A stretch of 64,000 bases of DNA, taken from contig NC_042999.1 in NCBI RefSeq assembly GCF_006345805.1, positions 79,422,001 to 79,486,000 of the forward strand, written 5' to 3'. A program made the translations under genes and the position numbers. Below are positions 1 to 12,235 of the stretch, piece by piece (the stretch's first letter is position 1; the number at the start of each line of letters is the position of its first letter). The stretch is from Octopus sinensis (Eukaryota). Below the pieces are notes generated by a model. That model was not told where the DNA came from. It saw only the letters and a program-made list of their open reading frames with translations, and ran no database searches.

Positions 1-328
1 AATAAAACTTGTTTTTCTTATTGAAGTTTACTGTAGAATTATTGGCCTATAATATCGCTGATTTCTGCAGAGTTTAAGATACTACGCCGATGCCAGACAA
101 CATGTCGTCTAGTGATTTATTTCTTTTAATCGAGGGTTTTTTGTTCTAGTACAGTATGGGTTTATGTGTATCGAGAATGATGTTTTCTGAGTTTCAAATA
201 ATAGTGAATTTGAAATTAGTTTTGAGATAAACACGAATCGTTATACATTACAGTTAAGATGCTAAAGCAGCAGTGACAAACTCGAATGCGTATTTGATGC
301 GGGTATAATCTTACCCAGAATATACTTC

Positions 329-555
329 CAGTAATCCCTCACTAAATCGCGGTTCACCTATCGCGGTTTATTATTTGAGCTTACGTCGATCCCTCTGTGG
401 TGTTGTTTTGCATTTACAATAAAATAAATATATACAATTTATAAAAATAAAAAAAAAAACACTACATTACTATTTCTACTTCGCGGATATTGACCTATTG
501 CTGGGAGTGGGGTGGGGTTTGGAATGTAACAGACAGGATAGCCGAGGGATTATTG
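329..555. mobile_element. Tigger/pogo-like (Tc1-mariner superfamily) non-autonomous element
   Basis: Terminal inverted repeats CAGTAATCCCTC... / ...GAGGGATTATTG followed by TA; subterminal ATCGCGG repeats resemble Tigger-type ends. Confidence 0.6.
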
Positions 556-733
556 TACTTATATATAAATATATGTGTGTGTGTGTACGTATATTGCTGC
601 ATCTTGGCAAAGCCATTACGCCAATAATAACATAGGCACAGGTTCAATTCCACTACTTTATTATTAATCAGTTGATTAGATATCTCATCAACTAGCTTGA
701 CAGAACGTTTGTTTAACGTGCTAGTTAAACAAT

Positions 734-1127
734 AGGCGCAGCAGTGGCTGTGTGGTAAGTAGCTTGCTTACCAGCCACATGGTTCCGGGTTCAGTTCCAA
801 TGCGTGGCACCTTGAGCAAGTGTCTTCTACTATAGCCTCGGGCCGAACAAAGCCTTGTGAGTGGATTTGGTAGACGGAAACTGAAAGAAGACCATCGTGT
901 ATATGTATATTTATATATATGTGCGTGTGCGCGTTTGTCATCCCCCTCCCCCCAACATCGCTTGACAACCGATGCTGGTGTGTTTACGTCCCCGTAACTT
1001 AGCAGTTCGGCGAAAGAGACCGATAGAATAAGTACTAGGCTTACAAAGAATAAGTCTAGGGTTCGATTTGCTCGACTAAAGGCGGTGCTCCAGCATGGCC
1101 GCAGTCAAATGACTGAAACAAGTAAAG
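734..1127 (+). mobile_element. tRNA-derived SINE family A (internal microsatellite), near full length
   Basis: A-box-like TGGCTGTGTGG and B-box-like GGTTCAGTTCC head; body and tail shared with copies at 5998, 6766, 21355, 34763 and 59200. Confidence 0.85.
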
Positions 1128-1172
1128 AATATTTGTCCGTCTTTCGTTGCTGATCGCAGCAATATATATCTA

Positions 1173-1228
<56 letters not shown>

Positions 1229-1377
1229 AATCTATCTATCTATCAATCTATCTATCTACACATGCATTTATATATAATGATGCATTAATATATAGATGAC
1301 TAAGCATACTCACGTGTGTGCAGTGTGCTTATACGCGCGCGCGCGCACACACACACACGCACACAGTTGCTTTTATG

Positions 1378-2014
1378 CTAGTATATAGCTTTTAAGCAAC
1401 TAACCCCGAATGGGAGATCTGTAAGCAGATCTCTGACTTCTTTTGGAAAATTTGTTGCAATTGCTTCCTCCAGAGTCATATCCCTTTGATGATCATATTC
1501 GTCGCTAAAAATCATGTAAAAAAAAAATCGCCGTAAACAATCGCAGTAATGAAAACAGGAATCCAAAATATCAGAATTGCAGGTTCGGATTCGGCCCGGA
1601 ATGTTTTTAATTTACTCACGGAGTCAGCCTGATTCCAGAATGGTATGATATGTTGGGCTATGGCCTCTAGGAACAAAGGTGAAAAAGTGTGATACACTGA
1701 CACACTGATATTCACATTTATTATATTAGATATGTTTTGGAGAAATTGTATTTCAATTAAAGTGTATTTTATATATGTATATATATATGTGTGTGGATGT
1801 ATATATGTATATATGTACGCACACACACGCACAAACACACACACATATGTATTGAAGAAAGCAAAAATAAAACAAAAAGGATAGTATTCAGTAGTTGATT
1901 CAGTATGATGGCTACAGGAATTTCTGTCCAGGAAAGTTGTACATCTCCCCTTTTCTCTCACATACCCTCTCTCCCCATCTCTCTCTCTTTCTCTCTCTCT
2001 CTCTCCTTCTCTCT

Positions 2015-2045
<31 letters not shown>

Positions 2046-2229
2046 CTTCTCTCTCCTTCTCTCTCTCTCTCTCTCTCTCTCTCCCTGTCTTCGCCACCGC
2101 CCTCACCGTATCTAGGCCTACTATTACTCTCACCATAGCACGAGGAATTGTCATTGAATAGTGCGAGAGGAGGGACAATGCGTGACACATTGACACACAG
2201 AAATTAGTTTTCGCATTTATTATATTAGA
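1378..2229 (-). mobile_element. Two possible non-autonomous Helitron-like relics (5' ends at about 1730 and 2229)
   Basis: Both begin A|TCTAATATAATAAATG(T/C)GAA...TGTGTCA(G/A)TGT(A/G)TCAC on the minus strand; 3' hairpin/CTAG ends are unclear. Confidence 0.35.
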
Positions 2230-2654
2230 TGTATATACATGCGCGCACGCGTCTTCATACACGTACGCACACACACACACTCATATATATGTGTGTGGCC
2301 AAAAGAAAATCATTGTGGAAAATCTTTAAAAATTGTAAGTCATCAATTATGCAATCCTAATATTTTGTTACAATCAGACATGCTCTTTGTTCCAGATTTG
2401 GTTTAACATAGAATATTTAACAGGTGGTAGAGATACACGATAATCCAATAAGAAACGAAAATATTTATGTGCTTATAAAATATTACAGAATTGTGCAGAA
2501 ACATGAGATTGAAATTATGATTAAAATATTAGAAAGCTAACGTGAGTATAATTATTGTTAATGAAGCATTTGTTACATGCCGGTAATCCATTCATGTAAG
2601 GATATTTCGGCAAAAAACGCCGTCGTCAAAATTCTGCGTGAATGTCAAACGTGT

Positions 2655-2899
2655 GGAGGTGCGTGGATTAATTGTTAGGGTGTCAGCATGATGATCGTGA
2701 GATTGTGGTTTCGATTCCTGGACCGGGCGACGCGTTGTGTTCTTGAGCAAAACCATTTCACATGGCTCCAGTCCACTCAGCTGGCAAAAATAAGTAACGC
2801 TGCGATGGACTGGCGTCCCGTCCTACTGGGGACCACATACGCCATAGAAACCGGGAAACCGGGCCCATGAACCTGACTAGGCTTTAAAAGGGCGCATTT
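2655..2899 (+). mobile_element. tRNA-derived SINE family C, variant tail
   Basis: B-box GGTTTCGATTCC; core CTTGAGCAA...CCAGTCCACTCAGCTGGCAAAAAT shared with 9701 and 46741, followed by a different 3' region (GCGATGGACTGGCGTCCCGTCC). Confidence 0.75.
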
Positions 2900-2959
2900 A
2901 TTATTATTAATGTCAAACATCTAGATGACTATGCATATTCGCGTGTGTGTCAGTGTGCT

Positions 2960-3017
2960 TACACACACACATACATACACACACATATGTATGTTTATAT
3001 GTATATATATATGCATA

Positions 3018-3081
<64 letters not shown>

Positions 3082-3233
3082 TATATATATATATGTGCAT
3101 ATATATGCATATATATATATGCATATATATATATATGCATATATATATATACATATACATATATATATGCATATGTATATATATGCATATATATATACAT
3201 ATATATATATATACGCATATATATATATATGCA

Positions 3234-3268
<35 letters not shown>
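2960..3268. repeat. Compound (TA)n/(CATA)n microsatellite; representative of dozens of similar tracts (e.g. 12110-12245, 15420-15745, 27250-27900, 30520-30740, 47120-47620)
   Basis: Direct inspection. Confidence 0.95.
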
Positions 3269-3272
<4 letters not shown>

Positions 3273-3464
3273 CTGTGTGTCACATACACACAGACTCACA
3301 CAAAGACAAAGTGACAAGCATTATATTACTTTAATATTTTGCAATGAATTTGCATTCAAGGACAAAGCTGGCATTCAATCTTAAGATATGAATAGTTACA
3401 CTATGAATAAAAAATAAAACTTCACCCCATTATGATAAATATGCCCTTCATCACCACCACCACC

Positions 3465-3500
<36 letters not shown>

Positions 3501-3504
3501 TATG

Positions 3505-3539
<35 letters not shown>

Positions 3540-4440
3540 TTTGCCAGAAGGGCAACCATTTTGAGGGAGGGGATAAGTTGATTACGTCAACCCTAATGTT
3601 TCACTGGTACTTAATTTATCGAGCCCCGAAAGGTTGAAAGGCAAAGTCAACCTCGGCGGAATTTGAACTCAGAACGTAGTGATGGGCGAAATACCGTTAC
3701 GCATTTCACCCGGTGTGCTAACGATTCTGCAAGATCACCGCCTCAATAACAATAACAATAACAATAATAATAATAATAATAATAATAACAATAACAATAA
3801 TAATAATAGTTTCAAATTTGGCACAAGGACAGAAATTTCAGGGTAAATTGTCAGCCGATTACTTCGACCCCACTGTTCTACTAGTATATGGTTTCTTGAC
3901 CTCGAAAGAATGAAAGTTAAAGTCGACTTCGGCGGAATTTGAACTCAGAATGTGAATGTTTGCGAGGCATTTTTCTCGACTCGGAAACGATTCTGCCAGG
4001 TCGCCGCTTTGCTAACTTTATTAATAACTTTAATAATAATAATAATTCTGTCTACTATAGGTGCAATACTTGAAATCTTTTAAGTGAAAGGGGATAATCG
4101 ATTACATTGACACCAGAATTTCCACTGAGGCTTATTTTATTGACCTCGAAAAGATGAAAAGCAAAGTCAACTTCGGCGGGATTTGAACTTTCGCCCGGCT
4201 TGCTAACGATCCTGCCAGCTCGCTGCCTTTAATGATAATAATATTCCTTCCTACTATAGGCGTATAGCCTGAAATTTTGAGAGTCGATTACATCGATACC
4301 AGTGCTTAACTGGTTCTTATTTCATCGACCCTGAAAGGATGAAAAACAACGTCAACTTTGGCGGACCTTGAACTCACAACGTAAATAACAACGAAAGGTT
4401 TTTTACCGGGGTGTAAAGGATTCTGCCAGCTTGCTACCTT
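3540..4440 (-). mobile_element. Array of four SINE family B copies separated by (TAA)n tracts
   Basis: Repeated GAAAGGATGAAAGGCAAAGTCGACCTCGGCGGAATTTGAACTC...CTGCCAGCTCGCCGCC-like units at about 3540, 3810, 4045 and 4245. Confidence 0.85.
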
Positions 4441-5855
4441 CAATAATAGTAATAATAATTATCGACAGTATTAACTGCAAGCCGAACAAAAATGGCGTCA
4501 ATGAGTTCACATTATAAAATGTCATTTAAACAATATACGAATTTTAAAAATCTCCCAAAACAAGCATAAATACACACAAAAGTATGAATAAAGCTTGTTA
4601 TTGCTGTTGCTCTTTAACCTTAGGTTACTCCTGATCGATTATACCTATAATCAATTATTATTATACTGATCCATTTTCAAATAAATTAGACGCTAGAATG
4701 TGATGGAGGTATATTTAGTTGCTATTTCTGGTGAACTATTTAAAGGCCTTGTCTAGTTGGCTTCTTGCAGATGGTTGATGAGGTGGTAGTTATTGTGGGA
4801 TAATGGTTGCAAGAGTGGTAGCTACAGTAGTTATTTTATTGATCCTGAAAAGAATGAAAGGAAAAAATAATGAACTTGGGTGAGATTTGAATTCTCAACG
4901 TAAAGGAAGTAACTGAATATCGGAAGACATTTTGACGATGTTTGATCGTCGATTTAGCAAACCAGTAATGAAATTCTCATGTATCTACAGCAATCGAAAA
5001 CAGCTGAAGCAAGCAAGAACAGTAACTCTCGAAAAGTAAATTGCCATCATGCATATAACCTGGAGCAAGCAGCTCAAAAACTGCAACAACAGTGTATGAA
5101 AGGAAGCAATATTTAACATGTACGTATAAATATAATGACTTAAGAGGTTAAGGCAAAATTAAGGCAATGAACAATGAGGGCACCGTGTAAACAAATAAAT
5201 TAGTACTCTGAAGATTACGGTCAAATATAGATTTTCCCACTTGTTGCTGTTTTCTAGATGATTTTTCATAAGGAGGAGTGATACAGTAAAACTAGACGGA
5301 AAATAGGAATAGGATCCTAGAATTGTTAACTGTGCGAACCTCACCAATTCATCAAATATTGTATATCTATTATTACTACGCTTATAGCAGTCACAACTGA
5401 GATGCACCCCATTAGCCCTTTTACGTCCTCATTTCTTTGTATTGTAACTCTGGCCATAATATCAATATAATTGTGTGGTCTTAGGGTGTGGAAGTTACCA
5501 ATATATGACATCTGATATGGCTCGTTGTTCAGTACAATGACAGCAGCCTGTAAATCCTACCTTGCATTGAGTGAGAATAATACAGATGAGTAGAATGTGT
5601 CCATAAACCTCTTCTTTGATGTGCCACGCGCTTCGAGACGATTTCAGCCTTCATTAGAAACTTAATGTACTTAACCACTTAAGTTGCTACTTTAAGGCAG
5701 GTGCTGCATATTTATTTCTTTACGTGTCTCAGTGGTTTATTTTGTGAGAAATACATAGTATTTGTAAATAGAAGGAAGGCCTTTGTAGTGTGAATGAACA
5801 AAATTTCTAGAGGATTTTGCTTCGGAAATGAAAAGGTGTATAAAAAAAACAAAGA

Positions 5856-5927
<72 letters not shown>

Positions 5928-5997
5928 GAATAAACATAGCAAAAGCAAAGCGAATATATTACAAAACATAACACATTTTGCAAAAGATTGTTTACAT

Positions 5998-6160
5998 AGG
6001 CACAGGAGTGGCTCTGTTGTAAGAAGTTTGCTTTCCAACCGCGTGGTTCCAGGTTCTGTCCCACTGCGTGGCATCTTGGACAGCTCCTTCTACTATAGCC
6101 TCAGGCCACCCGGAACCTTGTGAATGGATCTGGCTGACGGAAACTGATAGAAGCCCGTTG

Positions 6161-6248
<88 letters not shown>

Positions 6249-6465
6249 TGTGTGTGTGTGTCACCACCTCGCCACAACGATTGATAACCAGTACTGGTAT
6301 GTTTACGTCGCCCCGTATTATAGCGGTTCGTCAAAATAGATCGATACATAAAGTACCACGCTTTGAAAATATAACAATAAATACTGGGGTCGATTAATTC
6401 GACTAAAATCCTTCATGGTCGCAGTCCAATGACTGTAAGAAGCAAAAAGATAGAAGATAAAAGAT
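5998..6465 (+). mobile_element. SINE family A
   Basis: Homologous to 734-1127, with an internal (TA)n(TG)n tract. Confidence 0.85.
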
Positions 6466-6765
6466 CCCGAGGAAAGTTTCATGCATCACCAATTTTAAAT
6501 TTGTTTTTAATTCGACATTAAACTCCCGTAGACCAACAAAATCTTGGGATGTCCATGTGGATCACCCTGTGTATTCTTCTCTTCATTACATCAGAAACAG
6601 GAAAACTAAAATCGACAACAAATTACCTAGTCCTTTTGATATACAGATCTTAAGGGTACAGTAAAAGTAAGAAAACATCTCAAGAGATATGGGTGTCATT
6701 TTGACTGCTACAAAATGTGATCTTTCTCCACTCAGCCAACATAAAGAAGCATAACTCAATATGGT

Positions 6766-6931
6766 AGGAGTGGCTGTGTGGTAAGTAGCTTGCTTACCAA
6801 CCATATGGTTCCGGGTTCAGTCCCACTGCGTGGCACCTCGGGCAAATGTTTTCTACTATAGCCTTGGGCCGACCAAAGCCTTGTGAGTAGATTTGGTAGA
6901 CGGAAACTGAAAGAAGCTCGTCGTATATATG

Positions 6932-6978
<47 letters not shown>

Positions 6979-7206
6979 AGTGTGTGTATATGCTTATGTG
7001 TCTGTGTTTGTCCCCCCCCAACATCGTTTGACAACCGATGGCGGTGTGTTTACGTCCTCGTAACCTAGCGGTTCGGCAAAAGAGACCGATAGAATAAGTA
7101 CTAGGCTTACAAAGAATAAGTCCTGGGGTCGATTTGCTCGACTAGAGGATGTGCTCCAGCATGGCCGCAGTCAAATGACTGAAACAAGTAAAAGAGTAAA
7201 AGAGAG
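6766..7206 (+). mobile_element. SINE family A (well-preserved copy)
   Basis: High similarity to 734-1127, ending CAGTCAAATGACTGAAACAAGTAAAAGAG. Confidence 0.9.
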
Positions 7207-7261
7207 TATGTAATAGATTAAAACGCTACATTTCATGTACCAAAGTGTAGTGTACCAGAAT

Positions 7262-7690
7262 TTTTTCTAGTCTAGGCACAAGACCTGAAATTTTGGGGGA
7301 GGGGGCTAGTCGATCAGATCGACACCAGTTATCAACAAGTACTTAATTTATCAACTCCAAAAGGATTAAAGGCAAAGTCGACCTCAGCAGAATTTTAACT
7401 CAGAACGTAAAGGCAGACGAAATACCGCTTAGCACTTCGCCCAGCGTGCTAACGTTTCTTATCTCTTTATTACCCACAAGGGGGTAAACATAAAGGAGAC
7501 AAAGGACAGACAAAGGGATTATGTCTATTACATCGACCTTTGTGTGTAACTGTTACTTTATTTATCGACCCTGAAAGGATAAAAAGCAAAGTCGAACTCG
7601 GCGGAATTTGAACTCAAAATGTGACGGCAGACGAAATACCACTAAGCATTTCGCCCGGCGTGCTAACGTCTCTGCCAGCTCGCCGCCTTG
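7262..7690 (-). mobile_element. SINE family B head-to-tail dimer with two different tails
   Basis: Two family B bodies; junction at about 7459. Confidence 0.85.
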
Positions 7691-7715
7691 CTGATTGTTT
7701 TGTTCCCGTTCTCTA

Positions 7716-7850
7716 TATTCTGAATTCAAATCCCGCCAAGGTCGACTTTGCCTTTCAGTCGATAAAATTAAGAAATAGTCAAGTACTAAGATCGATTTAA
7801 TCCACTAGCCTCCTCTCCCAAATTTCAGGCCTTGTGTCTATATAAGAAAT
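7716..7850 (+). mobile_element. SINE family B fragment, inverted relative to its neighbour
   Basis: TTCAAATCCCGCCAAGGTCGACTTTGCCTTTCA...AATTTCAGGCCTTGTG. Confidence 0.75.
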
Positions 7851-8204
7851 TATTAGACGTTATGTACCGATGATGAGAACAGGAAATAAACGATGTGTTT
7901 CTGAACAAATAAACCATCAAACGAATGATAACAATAAAAAAAAACCAGTTGCTTGATCGGTAGAAAATTATAGTAAAATTATAAATTTCGGAACAGATAA
8001 TAGAATAATCTGCAGCTGGTGCAAACTGGCAAATAAACGCTGTCCGAGTTGTTAAGGAATAGGGAAATAATTATAATAAGAACAACGCTAGAAATATTAT
8101 TAACAAATTACAGTAATTATTACTAGTAAGATATTCTGTAACTTTTTGGGTTGATAGAACTGCACGAGTTACAAATGGTATATGAAAACTGTTTTGTCTG
8201 GTTT

Positions 8205-8405
8205 ATGTTGTTATTTAACCCCAGGTCAATCCTGGTTGAGATGACCTAAACCCAAAACAGTCCACCCATGATCATCACGTCTTTTTGCAAGTTAATATTC
8301 TTTCATTCTTTTACTTGTCATTAAACTGCGCGGATTACCTTTCCTTATTTAGGATAATGTGATATAATTTGAAGGGGACTTGGCAGCTATTTCTAAAAGT
8401 CAGAA
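8205..8405 (+). mobile_element. Old degenerate dispersed repeat (family D); related copies near 4605, 18100, 24260(-), 36575, 39690, 61570 and 62390(-)
   Basis: Shared TTTAACCCCAGGTCA..CCTG and GA(A/G)GG..A.TTGGC.GCTATTTCTA motifs. Confidence 0.45.
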
Positions 8406-9279
8406 GCTTCCTTGATCGGAATGTAACATTTGCTGCCAAGTTATATAGAAAGAAACGATGGCATTATATCAGAAGAGAGAAAATCTGAACGTGATTAGCT
8501 TGATAAGAATTAGAGATAATAAGGAAATTATCTCACATCACAGACTGTTTAAAAGAGCTACCTAGAATGGAATTAGTTGATCAAATAAAACTTAAAGGGA
8601 TTAAGAGTGACATTGCTGCTAGGCGATCGGCATCAAGCACAACAATACACATTCCGTTAAGAGAGTGAGCAGCCATTTTGTAAATACTGAAACAAATGGC
8701 TACTTGATAAGGGAGATTGGACAAAGAATTTATCATATCCAATCATTGGCTGAAAAAATGGCACCAACACATACAAAGGAAGAAAATGCTTATGTTCTCT
8801 TTACTTGAACAAATATTGAAGGAATTCTGGAATAAAAAGGTGGAAATATATTAAAGAATCTCAAGAGTTGATCGAATTCCTGCTTGATATATAGTAAGTC
8901 TAGTACTGTAATGTATGATAAATAGCACTAGTGAGCGTTTAAGCGTGTGAGACAGCTGCGAGAAATAGTAGTCATACATTCACTACATAGCATACTTTGG
9001 AGTTAAGAAACGAAGGCATTAATGGACACAACCTGATACAGTACATATGACAAAGAACACAAAGAGCAAAAATTTTCTCAGACAGAACATCAAAAAAAAA
9101 AAAAAAAAAACGAAAAGCAAAAACGAAAAATGAAAACTGTGTCGTAATGAATGAAATATTTAAGCGATGGTTGAATCTCACAGACGTTCTCATTCTAATA
9201 CACGAACCATCCGTGGAAATTGGATTGGCGAATAAAATCAACGACTTGCTCCGCTTTACAATCAAAATTTACATAAAAT

Positions 9280-9327
<48 letters not shown>

Positions 9328-9328
<1 letters not shown>

Positions 9329-9638
9329 TCGTAAGACACCCGCTGTTTTTATCCTGTTTTTACCATTAGTGTTTTTTGTATTTTATATTCGTATGGCATC
9401 GTCCGTTTTTCTGTCCCTGTTTCGTATACATTCGATCCTTCTTCCAAGAAATCTAATGCTCGTAGCTTAGTTTTTCCTTGGGGCTGGCCCGATCGGAGCG
9501 ATCTCATGATTAATCAGCCGAAATTGCTAGGATGATCCGGTTCTTGACTGAAGATTGAAGGCTTCGAATGTCCCGTCCGTGTTTTTTGTATCCTCTTCTA
9601 AATGTTTTACGTTCTTGTCCCAGTTTGTATTTTTCTAC

Positions 9639-9639
<1 letters not shown>
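9328..9639 (+). mobile_element. Short dispersed element embedded in (TA)n, possibly Penelope-derived
   Basis: Flanked by (TA)n on both sides; GGCTGG...TCAGCC-GAAA-TTGC-TA resembles the 3' half of a hammerhead motif. Confidence 0.35.
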
Positions 9640-9670
<31 letters not shown>

Positions 9671-9700
9671 GTATGTGTGTGTATGTGTGTATGTACACAT

Positions 9701-10029
9701 ATAGGAGCACTCCGTCGATTGCGACGACGAGGGTCCCAGTTGATACAATCAACGGAACAGGTTGCTCGTGAAATTAACGTGTAAGTGGCTGAGTATTCCA
9801 CTGACACGTGCACCCTTAATGTAGTTCTCGGGGAGATTCAGCGTGACACATGTGTGACAAGGCTTGCCCTTTGAAATACAGGCACTACTCATTTTTTGCC
9901 AGCTGAGTGGACTGAAGCAACGTGAAATAAAGTGTCTTGCTCAAGGACACAACGCGCCGCCGGGAATTGAACTCACGACCTTACGATCAAGAGACGAATG
10001 CCCCTAACCACTAAGCCACGCGCCTTCAC
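9701..10029 (-). mobile_element. tRNA-derived SINE family C, full length
   Basis: Reverse A/B boxes (CCACTAAGCCACG; GGAATTGAACTC); near-identical organisation to 46741-47036. Confidence 0.88.
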
Positions 10030-10959
10030 ATATACACATATATAAATGTATTTACATACATACATAGATACATACATACATACATACATACATACATACA
10101 TACATACATACATACATACATACATACATGCGTACATACGGGATTAAAACTTATGGCAAATATCAATTAAACTCTCAGTATAAAAGAATAAGTTTAAATT
10201 TCCAGCAATCAGATACCAGTAAATGTAAATAGAATACATATACATACAAGCGTACAAATATACTTTACATACTTACAGACAGACAGTCAAACAGATAGAC
10301 AGACAAACATGCATACATAAACATACACAGAGAGCCAGTCATTCGTTCGTATACAGAAACATAGGCACACATAAATGTATGTATATACGAATGGTTGTAT
10401 ATTTAAGTAATAAATAAAATAAATTATTTCGTAGTCTATCAATGTACGTTTTTAAACATTATTGCTTTAATTCTAGGGCATTTGACAAACAATGCTGTAA
10501 TTACGTAGTGGTTTTTACATATACACACACATACACACACAGACATGCTCGTGTGTATATATGTATATAGACAGCTATTTTTCTGCGTGTTTAATTTAGA
10601 CGGGAAAATGGCGATAACTACATAAACATGGCGTCTATTGTTAATTATATTTTATACTGCCTGCGATTGTTACAATCATTGTAATTATATAAACACTACA
10701 CAGTTTCCATCTTTTCTTCATCTGTGTCTCTCTCTTATCTCCTTTCTGCCACCTTCTGTCTGTCTGTCTCTCTCTTTCTCTCTCTGTCTATAAATCACAC
10801 GATACATATCGTATAATATCTGTTGATATTAATATCATTCGTTTCTTTCAAACGATAGATTATCACCGTTATATTTATACGCTAATTACATAAACATATA
10901 AACACAAGTCAATTCAACAGTATATTAAAGGAATGTTTAATTATTTTAAAATAATAACA

Positions 10960-10965
10960 GTAATG

Positions 10966-11041
<76 letters not shown>

Positions 11042-11088
11042 TGATGATGATGATGATGATGATGATGGTGATAATGATGATGATGATA
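10960..11088. repeat. (TAA)n(TGA)n trinucleotide microsatellite
   Basis: Direct inspection. Confidence 0.95.
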
Positions 11089-11399
11089 AACATATAGCAG
11101 TATGTTGATTTTTCACAAGGGAGGCGCATGACGGTGCATTACAGGGGCAAATCATGAAACGAAGAAAATTTACAGAGATTTGCGCATAATAAAACCGTCT
11201 ACACAAAAGAATAATATTGAGAGTAATGAAAAGAAATCTCCCTATTAATGTATGGCAACAAGAAGTCAAAGAAGGAACCCTACAGATTCTAGATTATCTT
11301 TACATCCAATTTACGTACCCATCTTCTTGTCATAATGTCTGACTTTTGAGCGCTGGCTGAAAGCAGATCTAGTCAACTGGTTCATACTCAGCACAAAAA

Positions 11400-11900
11400 A
11401 CTCAAATTTTTGTTAAACTCATTGCCGTTAGACGTTACATCTCCCTTTCCACTCTCACCTTCCTTCCCCTTAGAAGAAATTAACGTAGCCTTGACTGAAG
11501 AGAAAAACTTCTCTCCTCACTCATTGCAGTCTCGTCTGCAGATTCAGAATCATGTTAAATCTTCCTTGCCTTTCTGGCGAAGCAATGTTGGCCGGTTGAT
11601 TCTTTATCAAAACGACTAGATCCATTCTACATGTCAGGAATGCTTGGATATGGAAAAACTGCTAGCAGAACAGCTTTGCTGCACTGTGTGCATCTCATAC
11701 TAGATTAACTGACGGTACCTCTGTGCCTATAGAGTTTATTTCAAGATGATAATGTGTTCTGTCAGCATTATGTCAGAGATTTCTTGCATTTGTCCATAGT
11801 ACCCGAACTGAGAGTTTGCCGGAATAAATTCGTCAATAGATTTTCATCAACATCAAAAGACCCTCTCTCCTAGATTCCATTAACTGAATAGAATGCAAGA
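11400..11900 (+). mobile_element. Possible highly degraded LINE reverse-transcriptase relic
   Basis: Peptide SPSFPLEEINVAL resembles the pre-RT region of APE-type LINEs; otherwise broken. Confidence 0.25.
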
Positions 11901-12161
11901 GTTGACATGACGTCACCAACATCGACACAAATGTGTCCGAATCCAAACAACATCTCTGATGTTACGCGTTCAAACTTAGTTGACGACTGCGCAAAAGGAA
12001 TTCGTTCTGCTAAACAACAAAGCTTAACGAAAATATACCACAATATACTAATGTATAATTAATATCCACATCATACAATAGAATTACAACAAAACGCATA
12101 TATAAATTATATATATATATATAATGTATATATATATATGTATATGTATATATATATATAT

Positions 12162-12235
<74 letters not shown>

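Noticed and set aside
734-810. tRNA-like A/B boxes at SINE heads
   Set aside because: They continue into repeat bodies and lack a full cloverleaf; SINE heads, not tRNA genes
2913-3384. Numerous YI/CV/TH/LS-rich ORFs here and throughout the window
   Set aside because: Stop-free translations of (TA)n, (CA)n and (GA)n microsatellites
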